A DNA stretch of 64,000 nucleotides from Candidatus Altimarinus sp. (GTDB taxonomy: Bacteria > Patescibacteriota > Gracilibacteria > BD1-5 > UBA6164). The position numbers were made by a program, and so were the translations under genes. Location: assembly GCA_020724225.1 (NCBI GenBank), contig DYHI01000003.1, positions 1,103-65,102 of the forward strand. Reading direction: 5' to 3'. The notes beneath the pieces were generated by a model. That model saw nothing but the letters and a program-made list of their open reading frames with translations. It did not search any database and had not been told where the DNA came from. Positions 1 through 12,617 of this stretch are shown one piece after another; position 1 is the stretch's first letter; the number at the start of each line of letters is the position of its first letter.

Positions 1-1797
1 ACTCTTGTTGAACTTATAGTTATAATAACTATTGTAACTATACTATGAGTTATAGCTATACTTTGACTACAATGATATACACAAAATGCTAGAGATTGAA
101 CTAGAATAAGTGATATGAAATCAATTCAAAGAGCACTTTGATTGTATATCATACAAAGATGAGTTTTTCCAGACCCATCAAATGCAGTAAATATAACTTA
201 TAGCTGAGCTACAGTTTGGACTCAATGAACTTTTTGAGATCAAACTTTTAGAAATGTTTGAACAATAAATAAAAAACCTACAGATCCTTTAAAATATGTT
301 GAATATTCATATTCAATAACAAATGATAAAAAAGATTATCAATTATCTTGAATTATGGAATCATCAGATTTAACAGTTTTTAGAGATTCTATATCAAACA
401 AAGCAAATGCTCAATCAAACTTCATAAGGTCATACCAAATTTGACCTTATAATTGACTTGCTACAAGAGTAAATACATGATGATTGGATTATGTTTTAGC
501 AATCCCTTCTATAACTACAAATAACTCAAATCATACTACTATAGAACAAGTTTATGCAAATAAATCATTTGTATATAACAATTATGGAAATCTTCCTGGA
601 AATTTTACAGAAACATTCAAAACAAGTTTTAGATTTGATTTTGTGCCAAATAAATTAGTATTATTTAGTTGAACTCTTACAGAATTATCAGAATTATCAA
701 ATCAACTAATATTAATGCAAAATATTCAAGATTCATATGCATGAGCAATGATTTTAAATGAAGATGAGCAAATTAAGAAAATAGTAGAAACAAATATAGA
801 TCCCCAAAATCCATCAAGTAAAACAAAAATTTTAGCATGTACTCTTATAAATTTTACTGTAAAACACTTTGTTGAATGTAATGATATAGATTATGTAACT
901 TTTTATATAATAAATGTTCTGCATATAGATATAACAAACTTACCTTGAGATACAATAAGTTCAGTTATACAAACATGAGATTGAGAACTTTGGTTTTGAA
1001 CAAATTGATGAGTATGACATTATGACTGAACAACATGGACAATATATAACACTTGAAATTCTGGATTAGTAAGTAATACTATACTTGCCATGGCTGAAGC
1101 TACAAATTGAGATATGTGGTTTTGAACAAACTTGTGAGTAAGTATTTTTAATTGAACAAGTTGGACAACTTATAATCAACAAAACAGCTGACTTAGACAA
1201 AATCATATCATATCAATAACAACTTGAGCTAGTTGAACTATGTGGATATGAACAAATGCATGAGTTAGCACTTACGATTCTTGAGTTTGGAAAGATTATA
1301 CAAGACAAAATTCTTGAATAACACATAATCATGTAAATGCTATATATGAAGATAATCAATGAAATATATGGTTTGCTACTAAACAATGATTAGATAAGTA
1401 TAAAAATTGAGTAGTAACAAAATATAAAACAGCACAAGGACTTCCTGCTAACGAAATTTTTTATATCATACAAGATACAAATAACAATATGCGGTTTTGA
1501 ACTCATAATTGAGTATCAAAATATAATTGGACTACATTTACCACAAAAAATACATCAAATACATCTTGATGATTACCTAGTAATTGGATAACTTATATAT
1601 ATCAAAACGAAACAAATTGAGATTTATGGTTTGGTACAAATAACTGAGCTGCAAAATATGTAGAGTGAACAAATACTTGGACAGTATACAATACATCAAA
1701 TCAATTAAGTTGAAATAATATTTATTCTATAAATCAAAGTACAAATTGAAGTATTGTAATTATGAATGATTGATGAGTAGATACAATTACTAATTAA
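1..1797 (+). CDS. Type IV pilin-like protein (5' end off window) fused to a C-terminal beta-propeller of Reg_prop-like repeats
   Basis: Frame 1 with TGA=Gly is open to TAA at 1795-1797. It starts TLVELIVIITIVTILGVIAILG..., the prepilin N-terminal helix with the conserved Glu. The C-terminal half holds ~8 repeats of the form G(D/N)(L/M/I)WFGTNxG(V/A)xxY. Confidence 0.75.
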
Positions 1798-1826
1798 TTT
1801 TTTTATAAAATCTTTTTGAAAAATAT

Positions 1827-1861
1827 GTCTTCTTTATATAATTAGGAAGACTTATTTTTTT
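1827..1861 (+). terminator. Putative rho-independent terminator after the pilin gene
   Basis: Stem gtcttc (1827-1832) pairs with gaagac (1846-1851), followed by ttatttttttt. Confidence 0.45.
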
Positions 1862-1961
1862 AACCAAAATTAATAATATGACAACATATTATTTTACAAA
1901 TCGAGTCGGTTAAGAATTATTATAACAAGCAATTATTTTAAATTCTAAAAACTACAAAATT

Positions 1962-4628
1962 ATGACTCAAAATAGTGAATTTCCAAAAAAATACTCACCA
2001 AAAGACTTTGAACAAAATATATATAAAAATTGGGAAGATTCAGGTAATTTTAAACCTACAAAGAGTAAAACTTGAGAAAACTTTTATATACCTATTCCTC
2101 CACCAAATGTAACTTGAATCCTTCATCTTTGACATGCTATAATGTTATCACTTGAAGATATAATGACTAGATACCATCGTATGAAAGGTGATTCAACTAT
2201 ATGGATTCCTTGAACAGACCATGCATGAATTTCTACTCAAGCAAAAGTTGAAGAAAGACTTGCTAAAAAATGAATATCAAAACATGAAATATGAAGAGAG
2301 GCTTTTATGAAAGAAGCTTGGGCTTGGAAAGAAGAACATGCTAATATAATCACAAATCAATTCAGGAAAATGGGAGCAAGTTGTGATTGGTCAAAAGAAA
2401 AATTCACACTTGATGATGATTTAAATAAAAGTGTAAAAAAAGCATTTGTTGACTTATATAACAAATGACTTATATACAAATGAGAATATATGGTAAATTA
2501 TTCTCCTAAACTTCAAACAGTACTTTCAGATCAAGAAGTAATATATAAGGAAGAAAAATGAAAACTTTATTATATAACATATTTCGTTGACTGAAGTGAT
2601 AATGAAATAATTGTTGCCACAACTCGTCCTGAAACATTACTTTGAGATGTAGCTGTTGCAGTAAATCCAAAAGATAAAAGATATAAAAAACTTCTTAAAT
2701 CTGGGAAAAAACTTATATTACCTATTCTAAATAAACCTATACCACTTATATGAGATGAGATGGTAGATATGGAATTTTGAACTTGAGCAGTTAAAATAAC
2801 TCCAGCACACGATGCAAATGACTTTGATGTTGCAAAAAGACATAATCTTCCTTTGACAGAAGTAGTAATAGACAAAAATGGGACTATGACTGAAAAAGCT
2901 GGTATTTTTGCTTGAATAGATTTTATGTCTGCAAGACAAAATGTAGTAGAACTACTTAAATCAAAATGAAATTTACTAAAAATAGAGGATTATACAAATA
3001 GAGTTGGATATTGTGAAAGAAGTGGATGCAAAGTTGAAACTATTATATCTACTCAATGGTTTGTAAAAATTTGACCTATAGTTGAAAAAGTTATAGCATG
3101 ATACAAAAAACAAGATTTCGAGATAATTCCAAAAAGATTTAACAAAACTTTTGAAGATTGGATTTTTAATTTAAGAGATTGGTGTATATCAAGACAACTT
3201 TGGTGGTGACATCAAATCCCTGTTTTTTATCATAAAACTACTGGTCAAATGATAGTTACAGAAGAAGATCTAAGTAAAAATCCTGATTATATACAAGATC
3301 CAGATGTACTTGATACTTGGTTCTCAAGTGCTCTATGGCCATTTTCTATTCTTGGATACAACATGTGGTGAAAAGAACAAGTAGATATGGTAAAACAATT
3401 TTATCCTGCTTCAGTTTTGGAAACTTGACATGATATAATATTTTTCTGGGTAATCAGAATGTTACTTTTCTGATATGAATTTACAAATCAAACTCCATTT
3501 AAAAAAATCTATTTACATTGACTTGTAAGAGATAAAATAGGGAGAAAAATGAGCAAATCTCTAGGAAATGGGATAGACCCCCTAGATATGATAGAAAAAT
3601 ACGGTACAGATCCACTTAGATTAACTTTGACTATCTGAAATACACCATGAAATGATCTGAAATTTGATGAAGATAAAGTTGAAGAACATATGCTTTTCAT
3701 GAACAAACTATGGAATGCATGTAGATTTATAAATGCTAATTTGTGAGATGAAACTATTATAGAACTATGAAATGATTTAGCAAAAACTGAAAAAACCATA
3801 ATTGATAATTATGATAAACTTTTAATATCTGAAAAATGGATTTTATCTAGAGTAAAATCACTTTCTGACTTAGTTACTACTTCTATGGAAGATTACAACT
3901 TCGCAGAAAGCTGACAAGAACTTCTTAATTTTACAAAAAATGAATTTTGTGATTACTATATAGAAGAATTTAAACTAACTAAAAATACTTCTAAATTTTG
4001 AAATCAAGTAATAGTTTATGTAATGAATACTTTGTTGAAATTATGGCATCCATACATACCGTTTATTACAGAAGAATTATATAACAAGTTATGATTTAAA
4101 GATTCTCTTATAGTTAGCGATTGGCCAAAACTGAAAATAAAAAGAGATGAAGATGTAGAAAAAGAAAAGCAGGTTATTATAGACTTGATAAAAGAAATCA
4201 GAAGACTAAGAGCAGAAAATAATGTAATTCCAAGTAATACTATAAAAGTACAGATATATGTAAGAACTAAAAATCTAGAAACTATTACAAATTCACTTGA
4301 TATCATATCTTGAATAGTAAAATCAGAAGAAACCATAATTGTTGATAAAAAACCAAAAGATATAAACCTAGCATATAGTGTTATCAAGGCTTGAATAGAA
4401 GTATATGTAGATACATCAAATGCTCTAGATTTAGATAAAGAAACTGATAGATTAAAATTGGCAATTGATGATACAAAAGAATATATTGCAATTCTTGATA
4501 AAAAACTATTAAATGAAAGTTTCGTAAGAAAAGCTCCACCAGCTCTTGTAAGAGAAGAAATGGAGAAAAAAGAACAAGCAAAACAAAAACTTGAAAAACT
4601 TGAAGAAAAATTAAAAAATCTAGGGTAA
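1962..4628 (+). CDS. valS: Valine--tRNA ligase
   Basis: 888 codons with TGA=Gly. PPPNVTGILHLGHA (HIGH region, both Gly are TGA), KMSKSLGNG near 3545, coiled-coil C-terminus, TAA at 4626. Confidence 0.95.
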
Positions 4629-4704
4629 GAAACAAAAATAAATTGACAATCCTATATATTAGTGTTATAATATATAGGATTTTATTATTTCTTTTTTTAT
4701 CAAA

Positions 4705-5796
4705 ATGTCATTAGAAGCCTCAGTAACTCAAGCAATTTGATTAATAAGTTCAAATACATTAAAGCAAGTTGATTCAAATCCTATTTATTTAAGGGTAATC
4801 AATGAAGCATTAAAAAGTACAAGCTCAAATATAGACTCAATAATCTCAAAAAGTTATGACAAACAAAAATTATTAGAAGAGGTAGATTCTTTATTTGAAA
4901 TCTGAAAAGATAGTTGAGATGTTAATTATATAGATCAAGCACTCATAATTGCATATAGTATTTTTGATGCTATTAACAAAAAAGTTAATGATTCTTTTCA
5001 TGTATCATTAGATACAGATATTGAAGATATATCAAACTCAAATAATGCATTTATAAGAAAATTGGTACGGAAAATAAATGATTTACTAATGTATAAATGT
5101 TCAATTATATTTTGAAATTGATGAGATGATAGAAAAAAGGCAGAAGAAATAGCTAATATTCAAATAGATGACTTATCAAGCTGAAATTATATTGGATATA
5201 GTACATATCTTAAGAAATGGGAAGATCTTAGAAATTGATGGTATGAATTAATGGAAGCTGAAAAAAGAGAAGAGTTAGAATGAGAAAGAGTAAGTGAAGA
5301 CAGAAGATTTGATTTTTTATGACATTGATTAAGATCATGAAATAAAGATATAAGTAGATTAAATAGATTATTACAAGAAGATGAGGATAAACAAAAAAGA
5401 TATAAGATAATATTGAATTTATGACAAATTGAACAAGCACTTGATTTATGTTTAGAAAGACTTGATTTTTTTTCACCACAACAAGAAATTGATTGAGTAT
5501 ATAACTATCTAGACTTAATAAGAAATAATTTAAAAAAATGGAAAGAAAATATCCTATTACTACTAAATGACAAGTGACTATGAATTAATGATAAATATTA
5601 TTTATGATATTTTGAGATTTTAATAAGATTAAGATCTTTTGACGAAGCTTGATTACTAGCTAAAAATAGATTTTTATATACAAAAGATCCATCATGGAAA
5701 GAAAATTTAGAATATCTTATTTGAAATAATCTACTTTCAGAAAAAGTAAAAAAAATTATATTAAGCTTTGTTAGACAATATTGAATAACAGAATAA
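4705..5796 (+). CDS. Hypothetical protein (363 aa)
   Basis: Continuous frame ATG 4705 to TAA 5794 with 17+ TGA read as Gly. No recognisable motif. Confidence 0.6.
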
Positions 5797-5874
5797 TCCA
5801 AAATTGGATTATTTTTTTGAAATTTAAAATATTTTAATATAATCTGTCAAATTAATAAATAATCTAAATTTTTT

Positions 5875-6960
5875 ATGAAAATCTGAATAGTTTGACTACC
5901 AAATGTATGAAAATCTACACTTTTTAATGCACTTACAAAAAGCTATGCAGCTGATGCACAAAACTTTCCATTTTGTACTATTGAACCAAATGTATGAATA
6001 GTAAATGTAAATGATGAAAGACTAGAAAAAATAAGTAAAATTTCTGGAAGTGAAAAAATAATTCCTGCAAATACAGAATTTATAGATATTGCTTGAATAG
6101 TAAAATGAGCTAGTCAATGAGAATGACTTGGTAATAAATTTCTAGCAAACATAAGAGAAGTAAATGTTATATTACAAGTAGTAAGAGTTTTTGAAAACAA
6201 CGATATAACTCATGTAAATTGAAATATAGATCCAAAAAGTGATATAGAAATAATCAACTCAGAACTAATACTTGCGGATATAGAAACTATTGAAAAAAGA
6301 ATTATATCAAATGCTAGAAAAGCAAGAGGGGATAAAGAAGCAGAACTTGCTCAAAAAGTATTTGAGAGTATGCTTGAATGGTTAAATAAATGAAATCTAG
6401 CTATAAGCCTAGAATTGACAGAAGAAGAAAGAGAATATTTAAAAGATTTACATCTACTTACAAACAAACAATTTGTATATGTAGCAAATGTAAACGAAGA
6501 TATGATGGATATTCAAGAAGAAAAACTTAGAGAAATTCTTTGAATCCAAGATAAAAATATACCTATTTGTCCAATTTGTGCTAAACTTGAAGCAGATATG
6601 ATAGATATGAGTTCTGTGGAAAGAAAGGCATTTTTAGAAGATATGTGACTTATAACAACTTGAATAGATAATCTGATAAAAACAGCCTACAATGCCCTAG
6701 GATTACAATACTATTTTACATCAGGGGAGAAAGAAACAAGAGCTTGGACAATTCACAAGTGAGACAAAGCTCCTCAAGCAGCTGGTGTAATACATACAGA
6801 TTTTGAGAAATGATTCATAAAAGCTGATGTAGTTAACTGGGAAGACTTTGTAAACTACTGAGGATGGCCACAAGCAAGAGAAGCATGAAAAGTAAAACTA
6901 GAAGGGAAGGATTATGTGGTACAAGATTGAGATATAATGATTTTTAAATTCAGTAATTAA
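5875..6960 (+). CDS. ychF: Ribosome-binding ATPase YchF
   Basis: [22 protein letters not shown]-terminus (P-loop Gly are TGA). 361 aa, C-terminal TGS-like end ...DGDIMIFKF. Confidence 0.92.
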
Positions 6961-6982
6961 AAAAGACCAAAAGGTCTTTTTT
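6961..6982. terminator. Bidirectional hairpin terminator between convergent genes
   Basis: aaaagacc-aaaa-ggtctttt with flanking A/T runs, directly after the ychF stop and before the stop of the minus-strand gene. Confidence 0.7.
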
Positions 6983-6985
6983 AAT

Positions 6986-7336
6986 TTAATCTATTCATTT
7001 TACAGGATTTACAATTGTTAGTATTTTATCTCTATAGAAAGGACAAGTAGGGTTATCTGCAGAAATAACTTTGCATTCTCAATTATTTCTAAAACTAGTA
7101 CAAAGAATTGTAACTCTATCTGATAATTCTTTTACAACTGCTTGAATAGTTAATCAAGTATTATCACATGCTCAATCAACAGTTTTTGTACGATCCACTG
7201 AATCCCTAACAAAAAAAACTCAATCTTCTCAACATAGTCCTACAAAATTTGGTGGATTAGTTTCTCATGATAAAGTTTCAACTAATTTTAAACCGACTTC
7301 ACTATCAGTCTTAAAAATTCAAGATTCTAACTTCAT
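6986..7336 (-). CDS. Hypothetical small Cys-containing protein (116 aa)
   Basis: ATG at 7336 to TAA (6986-6988), length divisible by 3. MKLESGIFKTDSEVGLKLVE... Confidence 0.5.
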
Positions 7337-7460
7337 ATATATTTTATTTCAATTTTAAATAATAAACTAAATATAAATACTTTTAATTATATGTCAATAT
7401 TAAATTTGACTTTTATTCATTTTTAAATATATTTTATATCTTAAAATTAAATATATAATT

Positions 7461-8759
7461 ATGACACTAAAATTAAGTCAAGTAAAAGATATTTTAAAAA
7501 ATTGATGACTTATAAGAGCTTTAGAGCTTGAAAAAGAATATATTGAAAATCTAAGATGAAATACATCTTGAAGAATAGAAAGTATTATTAGATTTTATTC
7601 TTGAACTGCCCCTATTAATTCTATAGATGATAAATGTAAATGATGCAATGATTCAATAAATAGGGAGGTTGAAGATACTCTAATTGAAGAAATAAAAGGG
7701 CTAAGAAAAAATAGATTATTAGCAATATTTTTTGAAATAATTGCTAGAAAAATAAGAAGATGAAATTTTTATTCAACAGAAAATTTACTTGAAAAAGTAG
7801 AAGATATACTAAAAAAAATATTTCCATATACAACTATAAACATATATGCTTTTATATGATGAAGAAACTGAGTAATTGATTGTGTAAATAAATCAAATAA
7901 TTGAAGAAAAGTATTTAAAAATATTTCAGAAATAAAAAATCCTGATAGCATAAAATTAGGACTTGAAAAGCATAAAATTTTTCACTTAATCAATAATAAC
8001 TCATGAATAATTTGTTACAAACCTATTCCAGAACTATGAGATGCAGTTATTTTTCACTTTGAATGATGTTGTGAAGAAGAAATGGATTTAGTAAAATATT
8101 TAATGGAGGCGATAAGCGAAATAATAATATGATGACTTGAAAAAATAAATGATAAATATATAAACGAAGTAACATGATGCAAAAATAGAAATTTTTTCAA
8201 TGAACATAGAGAAGATAGAAGCTATTCAGTAATTGCAATTGATTTAAATGATTTTAAATCAATAAACGATAAATATTGACATTCTCAATGAGATAAAGTA
8301 CTTAGAGAATTTTGAAAATTATTAAAGACTTGTGTAAGAGAAAATGAATGAGAAGTAATTCATTTTTCATGAGATGAATTTTGAATTTTAGTTAAATTAT
8401 GAAAAGATTGATGACATCTATCAATTATGGAAAAAATACTTGATAGAATTGATAAACTTTCAGAAAATTGATTTTTTTCAACACAATTAACAAACTCTGA
8501 AACATGAAAAACTGATACAGTAAAAATAAATTTTTCTATGTGAGTATGTGAAAATAGTGTTTGATTTTGAAATCAAACTTTAGAAGAATGTTATAAACAA
8601 GCAGATATGGATATGCTTAGAGAGAAAGATCCAAGTTGATTTATAAATAGACTGATATCTACTTTAAACCATTTATGAAGAAATCAAATTATTGATACTT
8701 TAAACCATATAGCAAAAAAATTTTGATTAGAAATAACTTACAAAGAAAAATCTAAGTAA
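7461..8759 (+). CDS. GGDEF-domain protein (putative diguanylate cyclase) with an N-terminal sensor-like domain
   Basis: C-terminal ...VIAIDLNDFKSINDKYGHSQGDKVLREF...VIHFSGDEFGILV. The active-site motif reads SGDEF. 432 aa. Confidence 0.8.
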
Positions 8760-8766
8760 AATTTAC

Positions 8767-9714
8767 TTAGATTTTTTTAAATTTAGCTACAAAAAATCAT
8801 TCACTTTCTATATTTGGTAATATTCTTAAACAATTAGTAATTTCACTATTATACTTTTTTCAATTAAATTTAGTTATTCATGGTCTAGAAAACATATAAT
8901 CTAGGCTTATTTTTTGAACTTCAAAATCCTTAAAATTACTTAAAATATAATCAACTATTTCTTCATTTTCCTCAGGAGCAAGTGTACAAGTGCTATAAAT
9001 TAATTCTCCTCATTTTTTCAAAAGTGGAATTATAAAATCAAGTATCTCTTTTTGTAATTTTGCATTTTTTTTGATATTTTCCTCATCCCAACTTGGCCAT
9101 ATTTTTTCCTCATTTAAATTTATTCTTCATTCTGCACTACATGGAGCATCAAAAAGTATAGAATCAAAAGTTTCATTTTTGTACTTTTTTCATAATTCTC
9201 TAGCATCTATTCATATTATTTCTACATTTGTACATCATTGTTTTTTTATAGTTGCTTTCAACTTCTCTCTTCTAATTGTATTTAATTCATTTGCTACTAC
9301 TTTTCAAGTATTGTTAAGTTTTGAACAGATTTGACTTGTTTTTCAACCAGGAGCTGCTGATACATCCAAGACTGTCATTCACTCATTTATATCCATTAAT
9401 TCAACAGGAATCTGACTTGTAATTCATTGTAAATAAAACTCTCAAGAAATAAATCATCTCAGATTTGCTACTCTATATCAATTTAAAGCATTTATTTTAT
9501 ATGCATTTGATAAAAAGCCAATCTTCTCAAAGCTAATTCAAAGCGAGTTTAAATATTTTTCTTCATTTTCGTTTGATGATTTAATAGTATTTACTCTAAA
9601 AGTTGTATTTCTTTTTTTTGTTTCAAAACCAGATTTAACTATTTCTAAATCTGGTTTTGAGTAAATTTGATTTATTCTTTCTAAAAATCTCGGATCTAAT
9701 TTTTCAAATTGCAT
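8767..9714 (-). CDS. NOL1/NOP2/Sun-family RNA m5C methyltransferase (RsmB/RsmF-like)
   Basis: DAPCSAEGRI and [12 protein letters not shown] motifs. 315 aa. The stop overlaps the hairpin shared with the GGDEF gene. Confidence 0.8.
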
Positions 9715-9715
9715 A

Positions 9716-10495
9716 TTACTTTTTTATAAATTCAATAATTTTAGTGTAAAATATTTCATCATCTTCTAAATCATTATGTCACTTTCATGAAATAGTTACA
9801 AACTCTCTATTTACAGATTTAATATTTTCAAAAAGTTTTTCTCACAACTTATATGGAACAACTTCATCTTTATCTCAATGAATTATTAAAAGACTATTTC
9901 TATAATTTTCTAGATTTAAGACATTATCATATTTTTCTGTTAATAAATATCTTATAGGATAAAATGGATATTTTAAAAATACTAATTCTTCAAAAGATGT
10001 AAAAGGGGTAGTAAGTATAATTTTATCAACTTTTCATATTTTACTATGGTATGTTGCTAATCATGTTCAAATACTTCTTGAAAAAACTACAATATTATTA
10101 TAATTTTTACTTTGAATAAATGTTTTTACATTTGAAACATCAGTATATAACAAATTTATTGATGGTTTATAATTATCATCTGAGTATCAAGCATATTCAA
10201 CAAATAAAAGTGAGTAATCAAGGTTTTCAAAATATTTTTTCATATAAGCTCTATCACAAGTAGATCAAGCATTTCAATGATAAAATACAATAATATTTTT
10301 TAGATCATTTTCTTTATAATAAAATTTTGTTCAATTGAAATTTAATTTTTGATAATCATTAAAAGCTTCACACTCATAAAAATCTTGCTTACTTGGAAAA
10401 TAAATCAATGACTTTTGATTTATATACAAATAAGATCAAAAAGATAAATAAAAAAATAATAATGTGAAAAATAATATTTTTAAAAACCTAAACAT
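9716..10495 (-). CDS. Alpha/beta hydrolase (membrane-anchored, BEM46-like)
   Basis: Hydrophobic N-terminus MFRFLKILFFTLLFF, YHGNAG, SRSIGTG nucleophile-elbow-like motif, HGDKDEVVP. 259 aa. Confidence 0.65.
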
Positions 10496-10498
10496 TTT

Positions 10499-11227
10499 TT
10501 AGTTTTTATTATTAAATTGATTATCCAATTCTTCATTTTTTTCTTTCATATATTCTAGAAATTCTTTTTTCTTGAATTTATAAATATAAAAAACAACTAT
10601 TGCTGTTATTGTAAGCATTATATAAACCATATAATCAATAATTGTTTCATAAAAACTAGCAAATAAAACTCACAAAAGAACAATTGTAGTTGCCCGAAGA
10701 ATAGATCATATGATATTATAAATCATAAATGATATACTACTCATTCACATACTTCAAGCTATAAAAGGCAGAAATGCTCTTGTTAGATTATGAAATTTTC
10801 AAAATATTATTCAAGCTGGTCACCATTTTTTTATTCATTTTTTTAAATATTTTACTTCTGTTAAGCCTATACCGAACCAACTTCAATATTTTTTAAAAAA
10901 AGTATCTCAATAAATTTTTCAAAGAATATATCATAAATAATTACTTATAATAGCTCAAATTGATGCAATTATTATTACATAAATAAGATTTGCTTGGCTT
11001 ATTTTAGCAAAAAATCATCAAACAATAAGTAATATATTTTGTCCAGGAACAACAACTCACAAGATTGGAAATGATTCAATTAATCAACTCAAAAAAACTA
11101 TTACATAATTTAGATATCAAAGTTTATATATAATTATCTCTATCCAAGCGATAAAATCTTTTACTAATTCTGGTTTAACTAAAGACAATATTCAAAGTCA
11201 TACAGTTAAAATTATAAGCAACTTCAT
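10499..11227 (-). CDS. DedA/SNARE-associated family membrane protein
   Basis: Multi-TM protein with the ...SFPILGVVVPGQNILLIVGGFFA... core. 242 aa. Confidence 0.7.
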
Positions 11228-11376
11228 TATCAAATCTACTATTTTTGCAAGCAATTTTTAAAAATGTTAAATTATAAATTTTTATATAAAATATATTACT
11301 TTCTATATTCTATTTTTCAAGTTTATTTTGATTTTTTAGATTTATTAATTATATTTATGCGGAATATAATCCTTAA

Positions 11377-11411
11377 TTATTCATTATTAATTATTAATTA
11401 TTAATTTATCT
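11377..11411 (+). repeat. Five tandem heptamers (TTATTAA-like) abutting the secF ATG
   Basis: ttattca ttattaa ttattaa ttattaa tttatct followed directly by ATG at 11412. Confidence 0.9.
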
Positions 11412-12425
11412 ATGTTAAATGTTATTAAAAACAGAAATTTATATTATGCTGTGTCTTGAATACTTACAATAATTGCTCTTGCTTTTTTATTTATATTTAA
11501 ACTAAATTTAGGTATAGATATGACATGAGGAACTCAAACTGAATATAGTTACAAAAACATAAATATAGACGAGGTTAAACAAAATATTCAAGAAATAGAA
11601 GGTACTATAACTTATAACTCAAAAAAAGTTATTAACTCAACTGAAACTTTTAAAATCACATGAGAAAATAAATTTGCAGTTATTGCATGATTTGATAATT
11701 CAATTCCTGAAAAAGATCTAGAGAATCTAAAAATAGAATTTAAAACAAAAGCATTTGAAGTTCTAAAAAAACTTGATCCAGAAATAATTGAAACTCAATA
11801 CATAAATATTGGTAAAAGTTTTTGAGATTATATAAAAAATACTGCAATTTTAACTTTGATTTTAGCTATTTTTTGAATTGCTTTATATCTAGCATGGGCC
11901 TTTTCATGAGTACTTAACTGATGGAAAATCGTATTATCGTTTTCATCTATAGTTATTATAACTTTATTTCACGATGTTATAGTTGTTACATGATTTTATG
12001 TATTTACTTCAAATTTTTTCCCAGAATTTAAAATAGATACTTTCTTCATAACTGCACTTTTAACAATATTAGGTTATAGTATAAATGATACAATAGTAGT
12101 TTTTGATAGAATTAGATCAAATCTAAAAATGTATACAAAAAAAGATAAAAAATCCCTTGATGAAATACTAAATTTATCAATAAACGAGACATTAGCAAGA
12201 AGTATTTATACTAGTTTAACTGTAATAATTGTACTTTTTTCAATTCTTTTATTTGGACCAGAAACAATAAAATGATTTGTGTTAGCTATGATTTATTGAG
12301 CACTTATTGGGACATATAGTTCAATTTTTATATCTGCACCTATGCTTTACGATTTCAATAAACATGAAAAACTTGAAGTCTACGAGAAAAAAGTTGTAAG
12401 CGATGAAGATAAAATGGTAGTTTAA
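11412..12425 (+). CDS. secF: Protein translocase subunit SecF
   Basis: [25 protein letters not shown]...LGIDMTGGT, polytopic C-terminal half, 337 aa. No adjacent secD. Confidence 0.8.
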
Positions 12426-12448
12426 ACATATAAACAATTAAGGATTAT

Positions 12449-12590
12449 GTCATTCCTGGCTAGACCAGGAATCTATTGTAAGTATAACAATTAAAAATAA
12501 CTTAAGACACATAGAATTAATCAGTTTTTTCTCAAAAGATAAGACTAAAGGGTCCGGTAATTGATAGATTCCTGTTTTCACAGGAATGAC
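12449..12590. mobile_element. MITE-like unit: two inverted copies of the GTCATTCCTG...CAGGAATCTAT hairpin module flanking ~87 nt
   Basis: gtcattcctggctagaccaggaatctat (12449-12476) and atagattcctgttttcacaggaatgac (12564-12590) give 10-nt perfect inverted termini GTCATTCCTG. Intergenic. Confidence 0.7.
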
Positions 12591-12617
12591 ACATATTTCT
12601 AAGGAAAGCAATCCCCC

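Noticed and set aside
2570-2939. Track ORFs on the minus strand inside valS, and many similar 60-120-aa ORFs elsewhere (for example 3509-3799, 4016-4635, 13871-14155, 16669-17016).
   Set aside because: They are antisense or out of frame relative to long motif-bearing genes that appear once TGA is read as Gly. Their low-complexity, Ser/Phe/Ile-rich sequences are typical of AT-rich noise.
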